From: Octopus sinensis | Lineage: Eukaryota | Length of the DNA: 64,000 nucleotides | Reading direction: 5' to 3' | Assembly (NCBI RefSeq): GCF_006345805.1 | Contig: NC_043009.1 | Location: 3,968,001 to 4,032,000, forward strand | Shown: positions 1-12,484 of the stretch, piece after piece | Layout of the letters: each line of letters opens with the position of its first letter | How positions within the stretch are numbered: the stretch's first letter is position 1 | Program-made: the position numbers and the translations under genes | The notes under the pieces: model-generated | Seen by the model: the letters and a program-made list of their open reading frames with translations, nothing else | The model's database searches: none | What the model was told of the DNA's origin: nothing

Positions 1-244
1 TCACACCCCACCCTTCTCTTACACTTTCCTCGCCTTCTGCAACCATCTTTTTTTCTCATATCGCCTCCTCTTTTCCTCATTCGTTTTTTTTTATATATAT
101 TTTCACTGTCATTTCTCTATACATACATAGAAGGGGAAACTACCCTAAGGCCTATCTGGCCCCTATTTTTGTGTTCAGTGGTTTTCTTGCCAATATTTCA
201 ATAACACCTTATATCAGTTGCATAAAATATTATTTCTATATATC

Positions 245-246
<2 letters not shown>

Positions 247-288
<42 letters not shown>

Positions 289-339
289 GCATATATATAC
301 ATATATATATATATTATATATATATACATATATATATAC

Positions 340-378
<39 letters not shown>

Positions 379-398
379 CTACATATATATATATATTA
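247..398. repeat. (ATT)n followed by (AT)n microsatellite
   Basis: Pure ATT run then degenerate AT/ATAC run, seen directly. Confidence 0.95.
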
Positions 399-499
399 GA
401 GACGTAACTTGGTCCTTCCCTCTGGCACCACCAGAAGTCTGAAAGGATGGACACTGTTGTCAATATTGCCACCATTGTTATTATTGTTGTTGTTGTTTT

Positions 500-1009
500 T
501 TTTTTAGTTATTTAGTGTTGCTGGAGGTGATCGCCGTAGCTGTGGTAGTGGTAGTTGTGGCGGTGATAGATACGGTGGTGGTGGTGGTGGTGGTGGTGGT
601 GGTGGCGGCGTTGGTGGAATTGGTGTTGGTGGTAGTGGTGATGGTATTCATTGGGATTGTGGTGATGGTGATAGTCGATGTTGTGATGGTGGCTGTAGCG
701 GTGGGGATGGTGGTGAGGTTGGTCACTATGGTGGTAATTGTTGTGATGATGGTGGTCACGGTGGAGTTAATGCTGATTCTAGTGGTAGTGGTGGTGGTGG
801 TGGTGGTGGTGACGGTGGTGGTAGTGATGGCAATGGTGGTCATGGCGATGGTGGTCATGGTGGTTGTGGAGGTAGAGGTGGTGGTGATAATGGTGGTGGT
901 GGTGGGGGGTGTAGAAGTAATTATGACGTGGTTGTTGTTCTTGTTATTATTTATGTTACAGTTAACATCCGTTTGGCAAGTCGTTGTTGCGATGTTTCCG
1001 TTGCTGATC

Positions 1010-1048
<39 letters not shown>

Positions 1049-1115
1049 TTATTATTATTATTATTATTACCATATTATTATTATTATTATTATTATTATT
1101 TTATTATTATTATTA

Positions 1116-1182
<67 letters not shown>

Positions 1183-1248
1183 CATATTATTATTATTATT
1201 ATTATTATCATTATTATTATTATTATATTATTATTATTATTATCATTA

Positions 1249-1281
<33 letters not shown>

Positions 1282-1348
1282 CATTATTATTATTATTGTA
1301 TATTATTATTATTATCATTATTATTATTATGTTATTATTATTATTATT

Positions 1349-1379
<31 letters not shown>

Positions 1380-1453
1380 TATTATTATTATCATTATTAT
1401 TATATTATTATTGTCATTATATTATTATATTATTATTATCATTATTATTATTA

Positions 1454-1486
<33 letters not shown>

Positions 1487-2008
1487 CATTATTATATTAT
1501 TATTATTATATTATCATTATTATATTATTGTCATATTATTATTATTATGATTATTAGTATCATTATTATTATTTATTATTATATTATTATTTATTATTAT
1601 TATATTATTATTATCATTATTAGATTATTATTATTTTATTATTATTATTATTATTTTATTATTATGATATTATTATCATTATTATTATTATTATTATTGT
1701 CATTATTATTAGTATTTATTTTTATCATTATTATTATTATATTATTATTATTATTATCATTATTATATTATATTATTATTATTATATCATTATTATTATT
1801 ATTGTCATTATTATTATTATTATTATCATATATTAATTATTATTAGAATTATTTTATTATTATTATTATTATTATTATATTATTATTATTATCATTATTA
1901 TTATTATATTATATTTAGTATTATATATTATTATCATTATTATATTCTTTTATTATTTTTTTTTATTATTATTATTATTATATTGTCAGTATTATATTAT
2001 TATTTTTT

Positions 2009-2041
<33 letters not shown>

Positions 2042-2070
2042 ATTATCATTATTATATTATTATTTTATTA

Positions 2071-2110
<40 letters not shown>

Positions 2111-2113
2111 TCA

Positions 2114-2144
<31 letters not shown>

Positions 2145-2191
2145 CATTATTATATTATTATTATATTATTATTATTATTATTATTACATCA

Positions 2192-2234
<43 letters not shown>

Positions 2235-2279
2235 CATTATTATATTATTATTGTCATTATTATTCTTATTATTATTATT

Positions 2280-2310
<31 letters not shown>

Positions 2311-2329
2311 TATTATTATTATCATTATT

Positions 2330-2360
<31 letters not shown>

Positions 2361-2443
2361 CATTATTATTATTATTATTATTGTCATTATTATTATTATT
2401 ATTTTTATTATTTATTATTATTATCATTATCATTATTATTATC

Positions 2444-2477
<34 letters not shown>

Positions 2478-2570
2478 TTATCATCATTATTATTAATATT
2501 ATTATTATTATTGATTATTTTTTATTATTATATCATTATTATATTATTATTATTATTATTATTATTATCA

Positions 2571-2601
<31 letters not shown>

Positions 2602-2675
2602 TATTATGATCATCGTCATCATTATTATTATTGTTATAGTTATTATTGTTATAATTATTGTTATTATTATCATCA

Positions 2676-2725
<50 letters not shown>

Positions 2726-3900
2726 CATTATCATCATCATTATTATTATTATCATCGTCATTATTATTATTATCGTTATTATTATTATTATCATTATTGT
2801 TACTATTATCACCATCATCATCATCATTCCTTCCGTCGTCGCTTTTGTTGTTGTTGCTGCTGTTTTTCTTGTTGTTGTTGTTGCTATTACAACTCCTGGA
2901 TTTGTTGCTGCTTCTGCTAATGCTGTTTCCTTTACATCGTTATTATTATTCGTGTCACCGTTGTTGTTGTTGTTGTTGTTGTTGTTAATGGTATTATTTT
3001 ATTGTTGTTCTTGCCTCCACTGTAATGCATTCTTGTTCTCGTTGTTATTGTTCCCAAACATACTCTCGCTTTGCAGCCGCCATCTTTATATCAATATTGC
3101 TGATATCGTCCATATTATTTTTTCTTCTTCTTGTAGTTGTTGTCACTCTCGCTGCTATCAATCTTCTACTCTTGCTGTCAATCATATATTTACTCATTGA
3201 TGTTTTTGTTGTTGTTGTTATTAATAGCAGTGGTGGTGATGTTGTTGATGACTTATTATTATTGGTATTGTTTTGTTGTTGCTGTTTTGTTTTCGTTATT
3301 GTTGTTGTTGTTATAGTGGTGGTGGTGGTGGTGGTGGTGGTGGTGGTGGTGGTAGTGGTAGTGGTGGTGGTGGTGGTGGCGGCGGCGGTGGCGGTTGTGG
3401 AGGTGCTGGAGGTGGCGGAAGTGGTGGTGGTGGCGGCGGCGGTGGAGGTGGCGGCGGCGGCGGTGTTGCTGGTTCTGGTAGTAGTAGTGGTGTTGGTGAA
3501 GAACAGTGGAGGTGATGATAGCTGTGATAATGCTAATGGAGGAGGAGCTGGTTGTAGTAGTGTTGGTGGTGGTGGTGGCAGCGGTGGTGGCGGTGACCGT
3601 GTAGAGATGATGTGGTCATGGCGGCGGTAGTGGTGATGCTGGTGGTGGTGGTGGCGGTTGTTGTTGTGGTGGTGGTGGTGGTGGTGGTGAAGAACGTGGT
3701 GGAGGTGATGGTAGTGATGGTGGTGGTGGTGGTGATGGTAATGCCAGCGGTGATAATGCTAATGGAGAAGGAGCTGGTGGTAGTGGTGATGATAGCAGTG
3801 GTAGTAGTGGTGGTGGTGGTGGTGGTGGTGTTTTTGGTGGCGACGGTAGTTGCAGTGATGTTGTTTTCTTTATTGTTTTGCTTTGTTTTGTGCTTTTTTT
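500..3900. repeat. Compound trinucleotide array: (GTG)n about 500-905, degenerate (ATT)n about 1010-2830, (GTT)/(GGT)n about 2830-3900
   Basis: Seen directly. Accounts for the poly-V, poly-I, poly-L, poly-Y, poly-T and poly-G ORFs in the track. Confidence 0.95.
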
Positions 3901-4189
3901 TTTCATTTTAATTTTGTTGTTGTTGTATTGTTTCAGAATCCGATCGCCGTCAGGTAAAACTTTGCAGCCAACCTCGTTCTCTTGTCGGCCAATCTACATA
4001 GGGGGCGCCACTTAAGGACTGTCACATGTTCTCTTCTCATACTTTCATCCACTCTGTTCCAATCCTACCTGCAGCTTCAGCGTTGAAGAAAAGGCACCCC
4101 ACCTCCACAGTATTCTGACAATACCCGGGACCGAGTGAGACGAGGAATGAGAGCGGAAAGACAGAAGTGAGAGAGGGGGAACGGGGAAG

Positions 4190-5060
4190 GAGTGAGTGAG
4201 TGATTGAGGGAGTGTGTGAGTGAGTGAGTGAATGAGTGAGTGAGTGAGTGAGTGAGTGAGTGAGTGAGTGAATGAGTGAGTGAGTGAATGAGTGAGTGAG
4301 GGAGTGTGTGAGTGAGTGAGTGAGCGGGTGGGTGCGTGAGTGAGTGAATTAGTGAGTCAGTGACCGAGAGAGAGAGGGAATGAGTGAGAGAAGGATTGAG
4401 TGAGTAAGTGAGTGAGTGAGTGAACGAATGGGATGGGTGAATGGCTGGGATGCTCAAGTGAATGAGTGAAAGAATGAGTGAGTGAGAGAAGGAGTGAGTG
4501 TGTGAGTGAGTGAGTGTGTGAGTGAGTGAGTGTGTGAGTGAATGAGTGTGTGCGTGAATGAGTGAATGAGTGAGTGAATGAATGGGATGGGTAAATGACT
4601 GGGACGGTCAAGTGAATGAGTGAGTGGATGACTGAATGAGTGAATAAGCAAATAGATGTGGAGTGTGAGTGTGAGGGGAAAAATGAGTTTGTGAGTGTGA
4701 GTAAGAAAGTGACAGGGTAAGTGAGTGAGTGATTGAATAAATGAGAATGAGTGAGACCGCCAGTAAGGAGTGAGACCGCCAGTAAATTTGTGTACATGAG
4801 TGAATGAGAGGGAGAGTATGTGGGAGAGAAAGTATGTGAAGGAGAATGAATGAATGAGAGTGAATGAATAATAGTGAGAAAATGCGTGAGTGTGTCACTT
4901 ATTCGCTGGTTGAGTGATTCAGTGTGTGAGTGAGCGAAGAAGAGGGTGAATGAGGGAGGCAGGGCGTGAGGGCGGGAAGTAAAGAGAGAGGGAGAGAGAG
5001 AGAGAAGCAGAGAGGGATGGAAGGATTGCATGAGTGAGTCAGTGGGCGAGATTGAGTGCA
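4190..5060. repeat. Degenerate (GAGT)n tetranucleotide array
   Basis: GAGT/GAAT units seen directly. Confidence 0.9.
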
Positions 5061-5174
5061 GGTGATTTTATAAAAATAGGAGGTAAGACAAGGAAAATAA
5101 GACAGAAAAATAATAGGTTGCAAGTTTTATAAAGAAAAATGGATAGAATGAGTTGAGTGAAAAATAAATAATGT

Positions 5175-5196
5175 GGGATAGACTGATAGATAGATG

Positions 5197-5286
<90 letters not shown>

Positions 5287-5401
5287 GGGACTGATGGATG
5301 GTCGGATAGATAGATGGAAAGGCATTTACAGAACGATGGGAATATTTTAGAAGATGGGACATAAAGATATATCTATCTATCGATATATATATATATATAT
5401 G

Positions 5402-5460
<59 letters not shown>
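5175..5460. repeat. (GATA)n at 5175-5285 and (CA)n at about 5400-5460
   Basis: Pure runs seen directly. Confidence 0.95.
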
Positions 5461-5774
5461 GCACACACATATTGAAAGTAAAGGCGTCACAAAGTATAAT
5501 TTTATGTATTTATATAATTTGATTTTGCGAATGTTATGAAAGTCTGAGAAGTAAAAGATGCTGTGGGGTCGGTGGCGTATAAGTTTGTGTTTAAGTAAAT
5601 GAAAAACATATTCTGCAATAAATCAAGTGCAAAACAGAAATAATATGTGGGACCCTGAAATAGTGAGAGTATGGAGGAGAGAAAAATAATATATGAAAAT
5701 GATAGAAGACAGAAAGCCGGACAGAGAGCAGGAGTGGATGTAGAGAAAAAGATTCATACTATAGGTACTCTCTC

Positions 5775-6188
5775 TCTTTACTCTTTTACATGTTTCAGTC
5801 ATGTGACTGAGGCCATGCTGGAGCACCGCCTTTGGTCGAACAAATCGACCCCCAGGACTTATTCTTTGTAACCCTAGTACTTATTCTATCGGTCTCTTTT
5901 GCCGAACCTCAAAGTTATGGGGGCGTAAACACCCCAGCATCGATTGTCAAGCGATGTTGGGGGGACAAACACAGACACACAAACAAATAAACACACACAC
6001 ATATATATATATACATATATACAATGGGCTTCTTTCAGTCTCCGTCTACCAAATCAACTCACTAGGCTTTGGCCGGCACGAGGCTATAAGTAGGAGACAC
6101 TTGCCGAAGGTCCCACGCAGTGGGACTGAACTCGGAACCATTTAGTTGGTAAGCAAGATACTTACAACACAGCCACATCTGTGCCTAT
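5775..6188 (-). mobile_element. SINE family 1 (tRNA-like head, CORE-like segment, internal microsatellite), near full length
   Basis: Reverse complement of the copy at 13173-13650, including head, internal CA/TA tract and CCAGCATGGCC..CAGTC..GACTGAAAC tail. Confidence 0.85.
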
Positions 6189-6245
6189 ACATATGTATAT
6201 GTAAAAGATGTAGCACATTGAAGATTTTATCCAGGTAATATATAT

Positions 6246-6324
<79 letters not shown>

Positions 6325-6329
<5 letters not shown>

Positions 6330-6480
6330 AGAGTTTACGAAAAAAACAAAAGATGAAGACTGGTGGTGTAGACAACGAACAGATTATTAGTATAACGCTC
6401 GGGAAAGAGAGTCATTACGTTTCGAGCCTACTCTCTTCCACAGAAGGAACACAGGAAGAAACAAGGAGAGGGAAAAAATA
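6325..6480. mobile_element. Possible Penelope-like terminal repeat remnant
   Basis: ACGTTTCGAGC...CTCTTCCACAG resembles the reverse complement of the hammerhead-type core found in Penelope terminal repeats. Single copy here, so the family call rests on recollection. Confidence 0.3.
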
Positions 6481-7740
6481 TATATATGTGGGATTTAGGA
6501 GTCATTGAACCGCATTGGTATCAAAAGTGTTTCAACTGTGAACATATACAAATACACAGCTGTAATCTCTTGTTTAGTACTAAGGCAGTTATTTAGGTAA
6601 AAAGTGCTCCAATAACTTTTTGGTATAAATCTGAATTAGATGCCTGGATGCAGCTAGCGAAGATTTCTCATGCAGGTATGTATATCTGTATGTTTATAGG
6701 GTTGCGGCTGTGAGCCTGTATATTTTGTGTGTTCACATGTTTGTCAGTAGATCTTTGAATGTAAGTGTATCTGAGTATGTATATATATATTTTCAGTCTG
6801 TGTGTGTGTTTCTGTGTTTTTGTGTATGCCATTACATGTATATATAAAGTCGCACACGTACGCAGATACGCAAACACATGTACACTAAGAAATAAAATTA
6901 TGAGAAATAACAGCTAAAGCTTCCTCAAATAATATCCTTCCATATAAAGTGTATAGTGGAGGAAGATATTCCTGCTAAACAATAAAAAACGGGTGGAGCA
7001 CTTATTAATCAAAGGTCTGCATGACCGGGAGAATAGCAACAACAAAATGCAGATGACACATGCACACGCAAAAAATTAGACACCTACACACACAAACACT
7101 TAAACGCATTCACGAGCAGGCATCATACATGCACAAGTAATCATAGACACAGACAAACGAGCACACACACACACACACAACACATGGATACACAAGCACA
7201 TATGCAAATATGATCACATTCTCTCGTGCAGTAGCAATTACGCAATCCCGCCAAATATTTTTCTCCCTAAAATGAATAAAGACGGATTGAAATGCCTGCT
7301 CAAATGTTCATATAATTGAGTTTAAGGAATTTTCACAAGAAGTAATGCATAATGTTTAATATTAAACTAATTGTTAATTGTTAATTATTAATCCCTATTC
7401 CGAAGATAATATTTCACTCCATTTTAAAAGAATTCCACATGCAAAATTAACTTTTAAAAACGTCTCACCCTTCCCCTCGTGCGCTTTTAAATCTTCCAAT
7501 TACATTTTATACACATAATAACCACAAAAGAACACAGACCATTGAAGACACACGCTTATACGTTGATGCATAAAGCCACACATATACATGCACATACACA
7601 GGTATGTATGTATAAATATAAACACACGTCTATGTATATAAATCAGTGCAAGCGAATAGCTAATTGTGTGTGTGTGTGTGCATGTGTGTGTTGCATTAGT
7701 GTGTTGGTTGTCTGTCTTTATATACGTCTCATAAGATATA

Positions 7741-7970
7741 GGCGGCGAGCTGGCAGAAACGTTAGCGCGCCGGGCGAAATGCTTAGCGGTATTTCGTCTG
7801 TCGTTACGTTCTAAGTTCAAATTCCACCAAGGTCGACTTTGTCTTTCATCCCTTCGGGGTCGATAAATAAGTACCAGTTTCGCACTGGGGTCGATATAAT
7901 CAACTTAATCACTTTGTCTGTCCTTGTTTGTCCCCTCTATGTCTAGCCCATAGTGGACAGTAAAGAAATA
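7741..7970 (+). mobile_element. SINE family 3, variant a (Tx1-like 3' tail)
   Basis: Head GGCGGCGAGCTGGCAGAAACGTTAG, B-box-like AAGTTCAAATTCC, core TTTCATCCCTTCGGGGTCGATAAATAAGTACCAG shared with about 10 other copies in the window, tail ending TAAAGAAATA. Confidence 0.85.
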
Positions 7971-8053
7971 TATATATATACGTTTCATAACATATAAGTA
8001 CATACATGCACATATATATCAATATATGTATATAATTAGTGTATGTGTGTGTA

Positions 8054-8256
8054 AAAACAGACGAAATACCTATTTCTTTACTACCCACAAGGGGCTAAAC
8101 ACAGAGGGGAAAAACAAGGACACACAAACGGATTAAGTCGATTACATCGTTCCCAGCGCGTAACTGGTACTTGTTTAATCGACCCTGAAAGGAAAAAAAG
8201 GCAAAGTCGAATTCGGCGGAATTTGAACTCAGAACATAGTGACAGACGAAATGCCT
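8054..8256 (-). mobile_element. SINE family 3, variant a, 5'-truncated
   Basis: Inverted copy of the body and tail of 7741-7970. Confidence 0.8.
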
Positions 8257-8384
8257 ATATATGTAATTATTCACATACATGTATGTATATATCTATATCT
8301 TTATCTATCTATTATCTATCTATCTATATATATTATATATATATAGCATAATATATATATATTATAATATATTATATATATATC

Positions 8385-8426
<42 letters not shown>

Positions 8427-9227
8427 TTGAATGTCGTCTCCTTTCCGTAACTCTGGATAGGGGCCTATTCCGGGTACTGTCAGAGAAAGAGAGACAGACA
8501 GACAGAGAAAGAAAGACAAAAAGAAATTAAGAGAGTGTTTGGGAAATTCATGAATACATTCATACATTCATAAATACACACATGCAGGCATTTTTATTCA
8601 AATATCACACATTTTATTCGTGTATAAGTCTCTATCAGTGGATGCTTGTGTGTGTGATTCGCGCGAAAATATATATACGCACTTACATGCATATATTTTG
8701 ATAAACTTATATATATATATATATATATATGCATCTATGTCTATCCATGTATCTATGCGTGTGTGTGCGCGCTTTCGTATGTGTGTGTACGCGTGTGTGT
8801 GTATGTGTCAAAATTTAGTGAACACAAAGGAATGCAAGAAATGTGTAATAATTATTAGGGCTTTATTTAAAATCTCCTATTAAACTTGAAGTTATTAAAT
8901 TTCTTTTAATTTGAGAACTTGCTTATATATAATTATATAAAAATACGAAACTAATCAATATTCATTAAAACCTTAAGAAGCTAATTACGAATTAATAAGC
9001 TTCGTATATGTCGATTCTCAAATACAACGTCATTCAAGGAATATTTTTATGGACTTCAAGCTATGAATGGCTGCTTATTATAAACACTTTTTTATCAATG
9101 CCGTATCTACCTGCCCGACATATATATATATTTGTATATATATATATACATATATATATATGTATATATATATATATGTATATATATATATGTATATATA
9201 TATATGTATATATATATATGTATATAA

Positions 9228-9547
9228 TAAAAAAGAAATGAAGAAAATGCTGACAAAATAATTTAAGTAAGGGAAGTGTATTTAATTAGGTGAAAGTTCT
9301 TTTTAACCCGTTTGCGCATTTGTTATGCTTATCAAAAGATATTTTTTAAGAGAGATAGAGTTCCTTTCTGATAGATTTTTTTCAGATAAGAGAAAAAAAT
9401 CTATCAGAAAGGAACTCTATCTCTCTTAAAAAAATATCTTTTGATAAGCATAAACTGCGCAACCGGTAAAAAGAACTTTCACCTAATTAAATACACTATC
9501 CCTTACTTAAATTATTTTGTCAGCATTTTCTTCATTTCCTTTTTTTA
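9228..9547. repeat. Long foldback inverted repeat (arms about 155 bp, 8-nt loop), possibly a MITE
   Basis: 9228-9383 is a near-perfect reverse complement of 9392-9547. Loop AGATAAGA at 9384-9391. TA-rich flanks. Confidence 0.9.
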
Positions 9548-9576
9548 TATATCACACTCGTGTTTCCCCATTTCCT

Positions 9577-9579
<3 letters not shown>

Positions 9580-9619
<40 letters not shown>

Positions 9620-9772
9620 TATATATATATATATATTATATATTATATATTATATATATATATAATATATGTATATATAGTATGTATATATATATGTATA
9701 TATATATATATGTATATATATAATATGTATATTATATATGTATAATATATATATAATGTATATATATATATG

Positions 9773-9803
<31 letters not shown>

Positions 9804-10011
9804 GTCTATATATATATGTATATATATATATGTATATATATATATATTGTATAATATATATTGTATATATATATATTATATATCTTATATGTATATATAT
9901 ATATATGTATATATATATATGTATATATATATGTATATATATATATATGTATATATATATAATTGTATATATATTATATGTATATATATATATATATATA
10001 TGTATATGTAT

Positions 10012-10062
<51 letters not shown>

Positions 10063-10195
10063 ATATGTATATTATATATATATATATATATAATATATAT
10101 AATTATATATATATATATGTATATATATACTATATTATTGTATATGTATATATATAATATATATATATATATGTATATATATGTATGTATATTTA
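9580..10195. repeat. Degenerate (TA)n / (TATATATG)n array
   Basis: Seen directly. Source of the Tyr-Ile ORFs. Confidence 0.95.
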
Positions 10196-10494
10196 TGCAC
10201 ACACACACACACCTCTGTGTACGTGTGTGTATGTTGGTATGTGACGTGTGTGTCTGTACCAAAGCAGCTGATTGGAACAATTTGGTTTGAGGGTATATTT
10301 TGGGATATATTTCCTCTGGATCTACGTCAAGAATTCAGCAGTGTTAGTTGAGATTATAGTTAATAATTCAGGAGGGAAACGGACGATAGATTTAGTACTA
10401 GTTAAAGACTAGTACTAAATCTATCTTTTCCTTCATCAATTATTATTTATATTTATTGTTATTATTATCATTATTACTATTATTTTTTTTACTT

Positions 10495-10860
10495 TGCCTG
10501 GTGGCTGTGGCGAATGTGGTTGTTTGGTGGACAAAGTTGAAAGGCATGAGAACAGATACATTTCCCTTTGGTAGAGGTCTCATTGAATTCTTCAAGTTTC
10601 ACTTGTAAAGGAAATTGAGATGAAGAGGGAAGTGCTGACCTCGAGTGTGTTTATTTAAAGGTGGGTGAAAGTTGCGAAAATGGCAAGAGTGGATGGTACT
10701 TTTCTAAGTGTGGGCCTGTGAGTTAAAGAGAATGAATTGGTGAGGGCACTCGCACCTGGGATTTCAGGGAAATCTCGGACAGTGGGGTTCCTCGATTATC
10801 CCTAGAGGTCTTCCTGTATCATTTTTTAATGTTTTCCGGGATTTTTTCACGGGTCCAGGT
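10495..10860 (+). pseudogene. Old, diverged Tx1-like LINE fragment (ORF2 C-terminus plus part of the 3' UTR)
   Basis: Translates, with stops and one frameshift, as LVAVANVVVWWTKLKGMRTDTFPFGRGLIEFFKFHL*RKLR/KREVLTSSVFI*RWVKVAKMARV. This aligns with LVAMAKECIWWTGLKGLETNTFLSGQSLINFFKYHLK..KVRVERQVLSSECFKKRWVNVARMARM at the end of the LINE ORF2 (about 53000-53230). Confidence 0.75.
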
Positions 10861-11374
10861 AGTCAATAATATTAATACGTTATTTTTTGTTTTTATACGT
10901 ACCTGTTGTGTGCGTCACGCTTACTTGAAAGAAGTGGCAAAGCGAGAGAGAGAAGGACAGAGAGGAAGTAAGAGACAAAGAGAAAGAGAAAGAGAGAGTG
11001 AGAGAGAAAGAGAAAGTGAAAGAGACAGTGAGTGGTGATGGCGTTCGTTTTGTGTTTTAAATGTTTCAGAGAGGACAGAAGAGAGAAAGAAAGAGAGTGA
11101 GAGAGCAAGTGAGAGAGAAAGAGAGAGAGTGAAAGAGACAGTGAGTGGTGACGGCGTTCGTTTTGTCTTCTTAAATGTTTATCCCATTGCAAGAGAAATA
11201 GATACATAGATACATATACACATTGTTAAATCAAAAGCAGGAGAAAAGAGGGACACAAAAGAATTGAAAGAGAGAGAAAGTGAGAGAGACTGTAGATACA
11301 TAAATCCAAAGAAAAGTTCATACATAGATACATACACACAGCAAATATTGGCTGTCAGTTTCACTTTTCATTAC

Positions 11375-11497
11375 CACACGAGGATAAAATTAACCCACAA
11401 ATGGCTGAGTACTCCACAGACATGCATATCATTAACGTAGTTCTCGGGGAGATTCAGCCTCACACAATATGACAAAGCTGGCCTCTTTGAATTACAT
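11375..11497 (-). mobile_element. SINE family 2, 3' fragment
   Basis: Reverse complement of the 3' half of 33311-33669 (GAATCTCCCCGAGAACTACGTTAATG). Confidence 0.75.
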
Positions 11498-11909
11498 CTA
11501 TAACTCGAGACATATATATATGAATGTATTTGTGTGTGTATAGTATAGGGTAGTTGAAACATGTTTGCAATAATATGTGTCGCGTGGTGGAAATAAACGC
11601 AATTACCAAACTTTCATTCATAAATGCGTTTATTGTTTTTATTTGACTAAAGGGTGGTGCTCCAGTATGGCTACCGTCAAATGACTGAAACACGTAAAAG
11701 AATAAAAGAACACCAGAAAAACCTTCCATACCACTAAACCAAGATGGTTCTTTGAATATGTACGATGTATTTTAAGGTTAATAGTAATTCCGTTTACGTT
11801 TCTGTAACTGAGATATTTTGGTTGGATTATATAGTCATTGGTGTTACATTACTTTCTATATTCTCTAACTGTCACAATATACTTTGCTATGTCTGAAACG
11901 TTTGTGGTG

Positions 11910-12028
11910 AGGGGCCAGCCGATTACATTGATCCCAGTACACAACAGGAACTTAATTCATCGACCCCAAAAGGGCGAAAAGTAAAGACGATCTCGGCAGA
12001 ATTTGAACTCAGAACATAAAGACAGATG
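11910..12028 (-). mobile_element. SINE family 3 fragment
   Basis: Contains the reverse complement of TTCTGAGTTCAAATTC and the GGGGTCGATGAATTAAG core. Confidence 0.75.
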
Positions 12029-12137
12029 GTGATAATATGCAAATATTTCTCATGGCACCAGTACACTGTTTACAGACGCTTACATTTTTTTATGTTTTAC
12101 GTGAACTTTTCACAGGTCCAGCTATTTATTATTATTA

Positions 12138-12194
<57 letters not shown>

Positions 12195-12484
12195 CTCACT
12201 CACAGATACACGCGCACACATCTTCCGTTGTTTATGACACACAAGTAATGGTAAACTATAGCACTAGCCTTCCGTGGCAGGAAAATTTAAATCCAGATAC
12301 AACAACCATCTTTTCCCCTTTACCTATTCTAAGAAAAATATTACAGCTCTCATAGTATTAATCAGGAGACATAAAATGCAGGAATGAACAATAAGAACGA
12401 TTGACAGAGTCTTTTTTGTCTCGAAGCTGACCTCTTATTAAGGGTTCGAAAATAGTTTCTATATGCTTCCTTGAAAGTTTTTTA

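Noticed and set aside
171-5470. Long ORFs such as 515-1846 (443 aa) with poly-V, I, L, Y, T or H-S-L-T runs
   Set aside because: They are translations of tri- and tetranucleotide repeats that lack stop codons. No domain content.
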